Origin: Anaeromyxobacteraceae bacterium
Lineage (GTDB): Bacteria; Myxococcota; Myxococcia; Myxococcales; Anaeromyxobacteraceae
NCBI GenBank assembly: GCA_032654565.1
Contig: JAULAX010000002.1
Span: 1 to 64,000, forward strand
Reading direction: 5' to 3'
Length of the DNA stretch: 64,000 nucleotides
Part shown: piece by piece, positions 21,447 to 32,280 of the stretch
Layout of the letters: every line of letters starts with the position of its first letter
Position numbering within the stretch: position 1 is the stretch's first letter
Program-made: the position numbers and the translations under genes
The notes under the pieces: model-generated
Databases searched by the model: none
Seen by the model: the letters and a program-made list of their open reading frames with translations, nothing else
What the model was told of the DNA's origin: nothing

Positions 21447-21609
21447 GGCTTGCGCTCCCTCTCCGCCGGTCCGACCGCAGGGGCGGGTGGCTGTGTCCTA
21501 ACCCTGGCCGACCGGCCGTGCAGCTTCACCAGCCCCGGCACGGCGCGCAGGAGCGCGGTGGCATGGAGGAGGCCCGGGCCGCCCAGGCGTCCGCCGGTCC
21601 TGCACGCTC

Positions 21610-21676
21610 CCCGCGGATGGTCTTGAGCACCTCGCGGACCAGCTCGTCGAGCCCCTTGCCCTCGGCCTCGGCGCGC
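21610..21676 (-). repeat. Direct-repeat copy of the last 67 coding bp of ruvA (att-like)
   Basis: 65/67 identical to 22684-22750; encodes [22 protein letters not shown] with no stop codon. Confidence 0.9.
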
Positions 21677-21728
21677 GCCTGGGACCACCGGCTCTCAACG
21701 ACCCGCCACATGACCTCGAGGCGCTTCA

Positions 21729-21781
21729 GTCCAAGGCACCATTGAGCACGTCGTCGGACGCGCACCGTGGGTTGGAGGTCT
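21729..21781. repeat. 53-bp imperfect direct repeat, copy B
   Basis: gtccaaggcaccattgagcacgtcgtcggacgcgcaccgtgggttggaggtct; about 44/53 identical to 22608-22660. Confidence 0.8.
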
Positions 21782-21956
21782 CATCCCTGGCAGTCCGCGG
21801 TCCTGGCCGTACCTGCTCGGCAGCCCCGGGGTGGGGGCAACACCTCCAGCCGCGCCCCGGTGTCACACCCAATGAGAGATGTCCGGACGCACCCGGCATC
21901 GCGTAGCATTGTGGACGCTCGTCTCGCCCTCTTCATCTCGCGGCCAGAGGTCACCC

Positions 21957-22568
21957 GTGTCCCTCTTGAAGAAGGTCTCGCCCTCGCTCCTGCTCGTCGT
22001 CGCGCTCGCCGCCTGCGGCGGCAGCAGCCCGCCTGCCGACAGGGCGGCGCAGCAGGTGGTCTGGAAGAACGGCGCCAGCGGGAGCTGGTTCGGCGACACG
22101 CCCAGCATCGAGCCGACCCTCTGGGGCTCCCGCTACGCCACCGTCGCGGCAGCCGATCCCATCAGCGGAGACACGGCCGCGCTGCAGGTGGGCTCCTTCA
22201 TGCTGGAGATTGCCGGAGGCGGGGGCATCAGGCTGGTGACCCTCGCGCCTCACGACGCCGGCGCCTACGCCGGCGGCCACCTCCAGTTCAACATCCGCCC
22301 CGATGTCATCGGGATCTCCGCCATCGAGGTGGGCGTCGCCTACCTCCCCAACGCCCCCAACCCCGTCGACGCCTACACCACGGTGAGCGCGGCGAGCCTG
22401 CCGGTTGGAAGCTTCTCGCCTCTCTCCGTGCCCATCTCGGCCTTCGGCGTCGGCCCCATGCTGGCGCGGATCATCGTACCGTTCCAGGTGCGGGTCTCCA
22501 CGAGCGCTCCCCTCTCCGGGGAGGTGCAGGTCTTCACCATCAGCGACGTGCGCTGGACGGCGGACTGA
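21957..22568 (+). CDS. Hypothetical lipoprotein (possible carbohydrate-binding-type beta sandwich), antisense to the ruv operon
   Basis: Lipobox LAACGG; AYAGGHLQFNI...FSPLSVPISAF...FTISDVRWT. Confidence 0.7.
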   Translation: MSLLKKVSPSLLLVVALAACGGSSPPADRAAQQVVWKNGASGSWFGDTPSIEPTLWGSRYATVAAADPISGDTAALQVGSFMLEIAGGGGIRLVTLAPHDAGAYAGGHLQFNIRPDVIGISAIEVGVAYLPNAPNPVDAYTTVSAASLPVGSFSPLSVPISAFGVGPMLARIIVPFQVRVSTSAPLSGEVQVFTISDVRWTAD

Positions 22569-22607
22569 CGGTCCAGCGCTGACCTCCCGCCTCCCCTGAA
22601 CCAGGTG

Positions 22608-22660
22608 GTCCGAGGCACCATGGCGTGCGTGGTCAGCCGCGGACCGTGGGTTGGAGGTCT
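22608..22660. repeat. 53-bp imperfect direct repeat, copy A
   Basis: gtccgaggcaccatggcgtgcgtggtcagccgcggaccgtgggttggaggtct, just downstream of the ruvA stop. Confidence 0.8.
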
Positions 22661-22680
22661 TCTCCCTCCTCCCCATCCCC

Positions 22681-23274
22681 CTACCCGCGGATGGTCTTGA
22701 GCGCCTCGCGGAGCAGCTCGTCGAGCCCCTTGCCCTCGGCCTCGGCGCGCAGCCGCTCGGCCACCTGCTCGGCCTGGGCCGGCTTGTAGCCGAGGTTGAC
22801 CAGCGCCGCCGAGAGCTGGTCGAGCAGGCCGCCGGCGGCGCGGACCCGGGCCGGTCCGGCGGCGGTGGCCAGCGCCAGCAGCTTGTCCTTCAGCTCCACC
22901 ACCAGCCGCTCGGCGGTCTTCTTGCCGACGCCCGGCACCTTGGTGAGCCGGGCCACGTCGCCGGTGGCCACCGCCTGGGCCAGCTCGCGGGGCGGGATCC
23001 CGGAGAGGATCTTCTGGGCGGCGCGCGGCCCCACCCCCTTGACCTCGATGAGGGCGCGGAAGACCCCCTCCTCCTCCTCGCTGGCGAAGCCGTAGAGGTC
23101 GAGGGCGTCCTCGCGGACGTGGGTGATGGTCCGCAGCGACACCGGCTGGCCGCGCGCCGGCAGCTGGAGCAGCGTGGCGGCGGAGAGGTGGACCAGGTAG
23201 CCGACGCCGTGGACGTCGACCACCGCGGTGTCCTCCCCCTTCTCGAGGAGCAGGCCGGAGAGGCGGGCGATCAC
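22681..23274 (-). CDS. ruvA: Holliday junction branch migration protein RuvA
   Basis: [49 protein letters not shown] and ALVNLGY motifs. Confidence 0.98.
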   Translation of the reverse strand: MIARLSGLLLEKGEDTAVVDVHGVGYLVHLSAATLLQLPARGQPVSLRTITHVREDALDLYGFASEEEEGVFRALIEVKGVGPRAAQKILSGIPPRELAQAVATGDVARLTKVPGVGKKTAERLVVELKDKLLALATAAGPARVRAAGGLLDQLSAALVNLGYKPAQAEQVAERLRAEAEGKGLDELLREALKTIRG

Positions 23275-23837
23275 GTGGCGCTCCGGTGATCGCGGCGGGC
23301 CGGGCGCAGGCGGGACCGGGCGTCGCGGGCGGTGGCCGAGGCGGTGCGGCGCAGCGGCGTCACCGCCGCCAGCCTGAGCGGCCGGCGCGCCAGGTGGCAG
23401 ACCGCCAGCGCCACGGCGTCGGCCTCGTCGGAGAGCTCGGCGTCGACCCCCAGCAGCGCCCGGGCCGTCCGCATCATCTGCTCCTTGCCGGCCCGGCCCG
23501 AGCCGGTGAAGGCCAGCTTCACCTCGCTGGGCTGGTACTCGTAGACCGGGAGGCCGGCCTGCGCCGCCACCGCCAGCGCCACCCCGCGCGCCTGCCCCAG
23601 CGCCAGCGCCGAGCGGGGGGAGATGCCGGCGAAGATCTGCTCGATGGAGACCTCGTCCGGAGCGGTCCGGGCGATGACGTCGCCGAGGCCGACCAGCAGC
23701 AGCGCCAGCCGCTCGGCCATGGGGCGGGCCCCGGGGACCAGCACCCCAGACTCCACCACGGTGAGCCGGCCGCCGTCCCGCGAGAGGACGCCGTAGCCGC
23801 AGCGGCGCGAGCCGGGATCGATGCCGAGGACCCTCAT
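23271..23837 (-). CDS. ruvC: Crossover junction endodeoxyribonuclease RuvC
   Basis: [44 protein letters not shown] and [12 protein letters not shown] motifs. Confidence 0.97.
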   Translation of the reverse strand: MRVLGIDPGSRRCGYGVLSRDGGRLTVVESGVLVPGARPMAERLALLLVGLGDVIARTAPDEVSIEQIFAGISPRSALALGQARGVALAVAAQAGLPVYEYQPSEVKLAFTGSGRAGKEQMMRTARALLGVDAELSDEADAVALAVCHLARRPLRLAAVTPLRRTASATARDARSRLRPARRDHRSAT

Positions 23838-23858
23838 CGGCGGCATGGTACGTGGAGA

Positions 23859-23874
23859 CTGAACGGAGATCCAG
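23859..23874. promoter_or_regulatory. Myxococcales-type LexA (SOS) box upstream of ruvC
   Basis: CTGAAC-GGAG-ATCCAG (minus strand CTGGATCTCCGTTCAG), just upstream of a TACCAT -10 lying 7 nt before the ruvC ATG. Confidence 0.6.
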
Positions 23875-23916
23875 TACCGCGCCGCCGGGGCGGCGCTGCT
23901 ATCTTGCCGCGCCCGC

Positions 23917-25305
23917 ATGACCTCTCCGGCCACCTCTCCCGTCCGCCTCGAGCTGCGCGCCCTCGGCCGGCTCGCCGCCCCGCTGGCCGCCGCCCAGGCC
24001 GGCCAGGCGCTGATGGGCGTGGTCGACACCGCGGTGGTGGGGCGGGCCGGGGCGGTGGCGCTGGCCGGGGTCGGGCTGGGGAACGGCCTCTTCTTCACCG
24101 TGGCCGTGGTCGGCATCGGGCTGATGATGGGCTTCGATCCGCTCATCGCCCAGGCCTTCGGCGCCGGCGACGCCACCCGGGCCCGCAAGCTGCTCTGGCA
24201 GGGGGCTTCGCTCTCGGTGATGGCCGCGGTGGTGGTGGCGCTGCTGCTCACCGTGCTCACCCGCACCTTCGAGCCCATGGGGGTGGAGCCGGCGGTGGCC
24301 GAGCTGGCCACCTCGTTCGTGCTCTGGCGGCTGCCCGGCCTCCCCTTCCTCTTCTTCTACGTGGGCGGGCGGGCCTATCTCTCCTCCACCGGCCACACCC
24401 GCCCCATGGTGGTGGCCGCGGTGGTGGCCAACCTGGTCAACCTGCCGCTCGGGGTGCTGCTGGTCTTCGGCGGCGCGGCGCTGCCGGCCTGGGCCGGGCC
24501 GCTGCGGCTGCTGCCGGCGCTGGGGGGGGCCGGCGCCGCCATCAGCAGCAGCCTGAGCCTGGTGCTCCAGGCCGCCATCCTGCTGGCCGCCATCCGCGCC
24601 CACCCGTCACCGCCCCTGCCGCCCGGGGCCCGCCGCCCCGACGGCGTGGAGCTGCGCCGCGCCGTGCGCGTCGGCCTCCCCTCCGGCCTGCACATGGTGG
24701 TGGAGGTGGCCTTCTTCTCGCTGGCCAGCGTGCTGGCGGCCCGGCTCGGCGCCGAGGCCATGGCGGCCCACCAGCTGGCCCTCTCGCTGGCCACGCTCAC
24801 CTTCACCGTGACCATCGGGATCGGCAACGCCGGCTCGATCCGGGTCGGCACCTTCGTGGGGGCGGGCGATCGCCTCGGCGCCCGGCGCGCCGGCCTGACC
24901 GCCTTCGCCGCCGCGGCCGGCTACATGGCCTGCACCGGGCTGGTCTTCGTGGCCGTGCCCGGCCTGCTGGCCCGGCTCATGACCGACGACCTCGGGGTGG
25001 CCGCCGCGGCGGTCCCGCTGCTCCGGGTGGCGGCGGTCTTCCAGGTGTTCGACGGGCTGCAGGGGGCCGGGGCCGGCGTGCTGCGCGGCGCCGGCGTCAC
25101 CCGCTTCACCTTCGTGGCCAACGTGGTGGGCCACTGGCTGCTGGGGGCCCCGGCGCTGCTCTTCTTCGTCTACGGGCTCGGGCTCGGCGTGGTCGGGCTC
25201 TGGTGGGGCTTCGTGGTCGGGCTGGTGGCGGTGGCGGCGGCGCTGCTCTGGCGCTTCCTGCAGGTCTCGTCGCGGGAGATCGCGCCGCTGGTCGAGTCGC
25301 ATTAG
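23917..25305 (+). CDS. MATE family efflux transporter
   Basis: MGVVDTAVVGRAGAVALAGVGLG, AQAFGAGD, MAAHQLAL and FQVFDGLQGAGAGVLRGAG motifs. Confidence 0.95.
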   Translation: MTSPATSPVRLELRALGRLAAPLAAAQAGQALMGVVDTAVVGRAGAVALAGVGLGNGLFFTVAVVGIGLMMGFDPLIAQAFGAGDATRARKLLWQGASLSVMAAVVVALLLTVLTRTFEPMGVEPAVAELATSFVLWRLPGLPFLFFYVGGRAYLSSTGHTRPMVVAAVVANLVNLPLGVLLVFGGAALPAWAGPLRLLPALGGAGAAISSSLSLVLQAAILLAAIRAHPSPPLPPGARRPDGVELRRAVRVGLPSGLHMVVEVAFFSLASVLAARLGAEAMAAHQLALSLATLTFTVTIGIGNAGSIRVGTFVGAGDRLGARRAGLTAFAAAAGYMACTGLVFVAVPGLLARLMTDDLGVAAAAVPLLRVAAVFQVFDGLQGAGAGVLRGAGVTRFTFVANVVGHWLLGAPALLFFVYGLGLGVVGLWWGFVVGLVAVAAALLWRFLQVSSREIAPLVESH

Positions 25306-25314
25306 ATCGGCGGC

Positions 25315-27501
<2,187 letters not shown>

Positions 27502-27625
27502 GGTCAGCACGTCTTTCCCCCCTTCGCGCCGCTGACACCCGGGGTATAGTGCCGCAAATCAAGGCAGGGGAGCCGCGCCGGCGCTGCTGCAGGGCGAACC
27601 GGAATTCGCTTCGGAAGGAACCGAC

Positions 27626-27871
27626 ATGAGCGCCAAGTCCAAGAAGAGCAAGAACACCCGCCCCGCCGAGCTGATCCACCTCGGCGCCCGCATCCGCGAG
27701 GAGCGCCACCGCCAGGGCGTCACCCAGGCGGCGCTGGCGGACGAGCTCGACCTCTCGGTCGCCTACGTCAGCCTCATCGAGCGCGGTGGCCGCAACCCGC
27801 CCTACACCACCGTGGTGGCCATCGCCCGCGCCCTGGAAGTCCCGGCCGCGCGCATCGTCGCCAACGACTAG
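27626..27871 (+). CDS. XRE-family helix-turn-helix transcriptional regulator
   Basis: LGARIREER...TQAALADELDLSVAYVSLIERGGRNPP...IARALEV. Confidence 0.9.
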   Translation: MSAKSKKSKNTRPAELIHLGARIREERHRQGVTQAALADELDLSVAYVSLIERGGRNPPYTTVVAIARALEVPAARIVAND

Positions 27872-28048
27872 AGCACATCCCATAACCCCCAGCCTGCTGC
27901 GGCGAACGATGCCGGCATTCGCGGGGCAGCCTCCTCCCTGCGCTGCTCAGCGGGCCACCAGCACGCTTCCGCTGCTCGGTCGTCGGGTGCCCCGCTCGGT
28001 GCTCGGCCTCGCTCGCCTCGCCATGGCCGGGGGTTACGAGATGCGCTC
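27871..28048. mobile_element. 178-bp MITE-like element, copy 1, with CTAG at both junctions
   Basis: Ends TAGAGCACATCCCATAACCCCC / GGGGGTTACGAGATGCGCTCTA (19/22 inverted identity, counting the TA); CTAG at 27868-27871 and 28048-28051; inverted second copy at 50978-51155. Confidence 0.85.
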
Positions 28049-29244
28049 TAGCCGACCTCGGCGCCGGACAGCCGGCGGGACTCCGGGCCGGCGCAGAGCA
28101 GCGCGTTGGCCGCCACCCCGACCGCGACGGCGCCGACGCAGGTCGTGACCACGCCGGGCCAGCCCCACCGCTCCCAGGCCAGCCCGGGCAGCACCGAGCC
28201 GAGCGTTCCTCCCAGGTAGTAGAAGGTCAGGTAGAGGGCGCTGGCGCCCCCCTTGGCGTGGCGCGCCTGCTGGTTGACGAAGGCCGGCACCACCGCCTGC
28301 GCCGTGAAGGTCCCGGCCACCACCAGCAGCAGCCCGGCGATGATGGTGGGGAGCGCGGCGTGGAGCGTGGCGACGAGCCCGATGGCCTCCACGGCCAGGC
28401 CGGAGGCGACCAGCCGGGTGGGCGCCACCCGCACCGAGAGCCGCCCGGCCAGCGGCGAGACCACCACGCCGACCGCGTAGACCAGGTAGACGCTGGAGAC
28501 CAGGCCGGTGGAGAGGTCGAAGGGGGGCGCCGTGAGCAGGTAGGGCAGGTAGGTGAAGAGGCCGATCCAGCCGAAGAACATGGTGGCGCCGACCAGGTAG
28601 GCGCCGAGCAGCCGCCGGTCGCGCAGGTGGTCGGACATGCCGCGCCAGGAGGCCCCCAGCCCGGCCGCCGGCGTGGTCCGCAGCGGCGAGAGCTCGCGCC
28701 CGACGCCGACGGCGGCCAGCGCCGTCACCACGCCGAAGACCACGAAGGCGGTCCGCCAGCCGACGTGGGCGGTGAGGGCCCCGGCCCCGACCCGCCCGGC
28801 CAGGCCGCCGACCACGCTGGCGCCGATGAGCCCGCCCACCACGGCGCGCAGCTCCACGGCGCCCCAGCGATCGCCGGCGTAGGCCACCGAGACCGCCGTC
28901 ATGCCGGGGACGAAGAGCCCCTGCAGGGCGCGCAGCGCCACCAGGGCGGGGAGCGAGGGGGCCAGCGCGCAGGCGGCGGTGGCCAGCGCCAGCAGGGCCA
29001 GGGCGGCGGCGATGACCCGGCGCCGGCCCAGGGCGTCGGCGAGCGGCCCGTAGAAGACCGAGGCGCCGGCGATGGCCAGCACCACCGCGCTGACCGTCAT
29101 CCCCGCCCGCGCCGGCCCGGCGCCGAACTCCCGGGAGAGGACCGGGAGGATGGGCTGGGTGAGGTACATGTCGGCGTAGGCCACCACCGTGCCGGCCTGG
29201 AGCGCCCAGGTCTCGCGCCGGGTGGGGGACATCGTTGGCGGCAT
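28048..29244 (-). CDS. MFS transporter (YnfM-like)
   Basis: YADMYLTQPILP, YGPLADALGRRRVI, LRALQG and GGASALYLTFYYLGGTLG motifs. Confidence 0.93.
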   Translation of the reverse strand: MPPTMSPTRRETWALQAGTVVAYADMYLTQPILPVLSREFGAGPARAGMTVSAVVLAIAGASVFYGPLADALGRRRVIAAALALLALATAACALAPSLPALVALRALQGLFVPGMTAVSVAYAGDRWGAVELRAVVGGLIGASVVGGLAGRVGAGALTAHVGWRTAFVVFGVVTALAAVGVGRELSPLRTTPAAGLGASWRGMSDHLRDRRLLGAYLVGATMFFGWIGLFTYLPYLLTAPPFDLSTGLVSSVYLVYAVGVVVSPLAGRLSVRVAPTRLVASGLAVEAIGLVATLHAALPTIIAGLLLVVAGTFTAQAVVPAFVNQQARHAKGGASALYLTFYYLGGTLGSVLPGLAWERWGWPGVVTTCVGAVAVGVAANALLCAGPESRRLSGAEVG

Positions 29245-29275
29245 GGTCAGGAGACCATACCGCCAACCGGCACCC

Positions 29276-30028
29276 TCAGAAATCGCACCCGATGATGGCG
29301 CGCGCCCGCACCCGGTCGCTGGCGTCGTTGAGTCCGAAGCCGGCACCGACCGTGAGCCAGGCGGCGTTGATCGAGCCGCGCGCCAGGAAGGGGAGCGCCA
29401 CCGAGCCGGTGGGACCCGCCCAGGCCTTCCACACCCCGGCGGCGTCCAGGTCGCCGCTGCGCGCACCGAAGGTCTCGGCGCCCAGCCGCAGGCCGCGTAC
29501 CGGCTCGACGGCGGCGCCGGCCGACCAGCCGAACTTGATCTCGGTGCCGCCGCCGGACGGGAACTCCTGCTCGGCGATCAGGTTGAGGGCCCAGGAGAGG
29601 CGGCCGTAATTGCGGCCGAGGATGAGCTTCTCCTCGAGGACCCAGGGCTTGTCGTCGACGACCTCCTTCTCCACCTCGGCGTAGAGCGTGAGCTCGACGG
29701 GCGAGTCGCTGCCGAGCACCTTGTAGCGCCCCCGCAGCTTGACGGCGGCAGGCTCGAAGTCGGTCGCGGAGGTGGTCCGGAAGACCCCGTAGGCACTCAG
29801 ATCGAACTGGTCGGTGACGCCGTAGCCCAGCTCGAGCTGATGCACCCAGGCGCGAGCCGCTGAGCCACCGGACCGTGGTTGGTACATTGTCTCATACACT
29901 TCCACCTCAACCTCACCGGCAGCCGAGACCGTCGGTTCGTAGGTGAAGGCGTACGGGCGCTCGTCGGCGAGGGTAGCGGCTGGAATTGCTACGAAAAATG
30001 CCATGACGCTGGCTCGAATCCTGTTCAT
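29276..30028 (-). CDS. Putative outer-membrane beta-barrel protein (DUF6662-like)
   Basis: Signal peptide; ERPYAFTYEP...GEVEVE, HQLELGYGVTDQF, EEKLILGRNYG; C-terminal Phe. Confidence 0.65.
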   Translation of the reverse strand: MNRIRASVMAFFVAIPAATLADERPYAFTYEPTVSAAGEVEVEVYETMYQPRSGGSAARAWVHQLELGYGVTDQFDLSAYGVFRTTSATDFEPAAVKLRGRYKVLGSDSPVELTLYAEVEKEVVDDKPWVLEEKLILGRNYGRLSWALNLIAEQEFPSGGGTEIKFGWSAGAAVEPVRGLRLGAETFGARSGDLDAAGVWKAWAGPTGSVALPFLARGSINAAWLTVGAGFGLNDASDRVRARAIIGCDF

Positions 30029-30067
30029 GTCATCCCGTCCCAGAGTAATTCGTTGAAGGAGGCTTAT

Positions 30068-30082
30068 TGAGACTTATTCCCA
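30068..30082. promoter_or_regulatory. Fur-box-like operator upstream of the beta-barrel gene
   Basis: TGAGACTTATTCCCA versus the 7-1-7 repeat TGAGAATnATTCTCA (2 mismatches), in an AT-rich patch 40 bp upstream of the start. Confidence 0.55.
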
Positions 30083-30170
30083 TCGCACGACGACGGTGGG
30101 AGGTCAAGACCCTTCCAGCTCCATCCGTCATCGTGGACACCCGTCCGTCCGCATGGTACCCCGCCGCCCC

Positions 30171-31223
30171 ATGCCTCCCGTCGCCCCCGTGGCCCGCCAG
30201 TTCGCCTCCGACAACTACGCCGGCATCTGCCCCGAGGCGCTCGCCGCCATGCAGGAGGCCAACGCCGGCCACGCCCCCGGCTACGGCGACGACGGCTGGA
30301 CCACCGAGGCGGCCGACCTGCTGCGGCGGCTCTTCGAGACCGACTGCGACGTCTACTTCGTCTTCAACGGCACCGCCGCCAACTCCCTGGCGCTCGCCTC
30401 GCTGACCCGCAGCTACCACTCCGTCCTCTGCCACGAGACCGCCCACGTCGAGACCGACGAGTGCGGCGCCCCCGAGTTCTTCTCCAACGGCACCAAGGTG
30501 CTGACCATGAGCGGCCCGGAGGGGAAGGTGACCCCGGCCGGCGTCCGCCACCTCTGCGAGAAGCGCTCCGACATCCACTACCCGATGCCCCGGGTGGTGA
30601 GCGTCACCCAGGCCACCGAGCAGGGCTCGGTCTACACGCCCGGGGAGCTGCGCGCCGTCGGGGAGACCGCCCGGCAGCTCGGGCTCAAGGTCCACATGGA
30701 CGGCGCCCGCTTCGCCAACGCCGTGGCCGCGCTCGGCGTCGCCCCGGCCGAGCTCACCTGGCGGGCCGGCGTCGACGTCCTCTGCTTCGGCGGCACCAAG
30801 AACGGCATGGCGGTGGGCGAGGCGGTGGTCTTCTTCGACCGGTCGCTCTCGGCCGAGTTCGCCTACCGGTGCAAGCAGGCCGGCCAGCTCGCCTCCAAGA
30901 TGCGCTTCCTGGCGGCCCCCTGGGTGGGGATGCTCCGCGACGGCGCCTGGCTGCGCCACGCCGCCCACGCCAACGCCCAGGCCCGCCAGCTCCACCGGCT
31001 GCTCTCCGCCATCCCCGGCGCCACGCCGCTCCGCCCGCCGCAGGCCAACAGCGTCTTCGTCGAGCTCCCCCCCGGCGCCGCCGACGCGCTCCGGGGCCGT
31101 GGCTGGCGGTTCTACGACTTCATCGCCGGCGCCGGCTCGCGCCTGATGACCGCCTGGGACACCACCGACGCCGACCTGGAGGCCCTCGCGGCCGACCTGC
31201 GGGCCGTCCTCGCCGCCCGCTGA
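30171..31223 (+). CDS. Low-specificity L-threonine aldolase
   Basis: FASDNYAG, VFNGTAANSL, HVETDECGAPEF, HMDGARFANA, FGGTKNG and KQAGQLASKMRF motifs. Confidence 0.93.
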   Translation: MPPVAPVARQFASDNYAGICPEALAAMQEANAGHAPGYGDDGWTTEAADLLRRLFETDCDVYFVFNGTAANSLALASLTRSYHSVLCHETAHVETDECGAPEFFSNGTKVLTMSGPEGKVTPAGVRHLCEKRSDIHYPMPRVVSVTQATEQGSVYTPGELRAVGETARQLGLKVHMDGARFANAVAALGVAPAELTWRAGVDVLCFGGTKNGMAVGEAVVFFDRSLSAEFAYRCKQAGQLASKMRFLAAPWVGMLRDGAWLRHAAHANAQARQLHRLLSAIPGATPLRPPQANSVFVELPPGAADALRGRGWRFYDFIAGAGSRLMTAWDTTDADLEALAADLRAVLAAR

Positions 31224-31326
31224 ACCGCCCGGCGGGACCCGCCGCCGTCCGCCCGGGTCGCCCCATTCGTTGACACCCGTGAAATCCGGGCTGTAACCTC
31301 GATCCGGATTCTCCCCTGGAGGTTGC

Positions 31327-32280
31327 ATGCGTCGCCCGCTGGCGCTTCTCGTCGCCGTCCTCGCCCTCGCCGCGCCCGCGGCCCGGGCCGGTGAACCGCT
31401 CGACCTCGACATCACCCGGCTCGGCCCGCCCAGCGCCGCGATCTGGGTGCGGGCCGGCGCTTCGCCTGCCGACGCCGCCCTGCTCGCCTCCGACGCCCGC
31501 ATGCGCTTCGCCATGCTCAGCTCCGAGCTGGCGCTGGCGCTCTCCTCGTCGCTGCTCGAGCCGGCCGCCACCGTGGGTCACTCCGGCTTCGCCTTCGACC
31601 TCGAGACCGCCTACACCCCCGTCCACAGCGGGGTGGTGGGCAGCGCCACCTCCTCCGTCCCGGCCCTCGCCGGCTACCCGCGCGACGCCTGGCCGACCCG
31701 GACCACCACGCCCTCGGGGCTGGTGGTCCCCTCCTTCCACGTCCGCAAGGCGCTCCCCTACAGCGTCGAGCTGGGCGGCCGCATCCTCTACCTCTCGCAG
31801 TCGAGCTACTTCGCCGCGCAGATCCACGGGAAGGTGGCCCTCCAGGAGGGCTACGCCATGATCCCGGACGTGGCGCTCATGGCCGCCCACACCATCTTCC
31901 TCGGCCAGAAGGACCTCAACCTCGCCGCCACCGACCTCACGCTGATCACCTCCAAGCGCTTCGGCGTCAACGCGGTGATGAGCCTGACGCCCTACCTGGC
32001 GCTCCGCTTCCTGCTGGTGCAGGCCAGCAGCGACCTGATCGGCTACGCGGCGCCGGCCGCCTTGCCCCCGGCGGTGGTGGACGAGACCGCCGCCTTCCCC
32101 TCGCTCAACCGGACCCTCTACCGGACCACGCTGGGCGTGCGCATGACCGCCTTCGCCACCACCATGGCGCTCGAGGCCACCTACTTCGGCGGCAGCCGCG
32201 CCAAGGCCGGCGGCGGCTACCCGGAGTACCGGCTGCAGTCCTCCCTGGCCGGCGCCTTCAAGGCCGGCTTCGAGTTCTAG
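31327..32280 (+). CDS. Secreted or outer-membrane hypothetical protein
   Basis: GGAGG RBS; signal peptide; LEPAATVGHSGF, HVRKALPYSVELG; ends GFEF. Confidence 0.75.
   Translation: MRRPLALLVAVLALAAPAARAGEPLDLDITRLGPPSAAIWVRAGASPADAALLASDARMRFAMLSSELALALSSSLLEPAATVGHSGFAFDLETAYTPVHSGVVGSATSSVPALAGYPRDAWPTRTTTPSGLVVPSFHVRKALPYSVELGGRILYLSQSSYFAAQIHGKVALQEGYAMIPDVALMAAHTIFLGQKDLNLAATDLTLITSKRFGVNAVMSLTPYLALRFLLVQASSDLIGYAAPAALPPAVVDETAAFPSLNRTLYRTTLGVRMTAFATTMALEATYFGGSRAKAGGGYPEYRLQSSLAGAFKAGFEF

Noticed and set aside
21526..21765. 79-aa ORF as a real gene
   Set aside because: A chimera of the 53-bp repeat and the duplicated ruvA tail, with no RBS; treated as a rearrangement scar.
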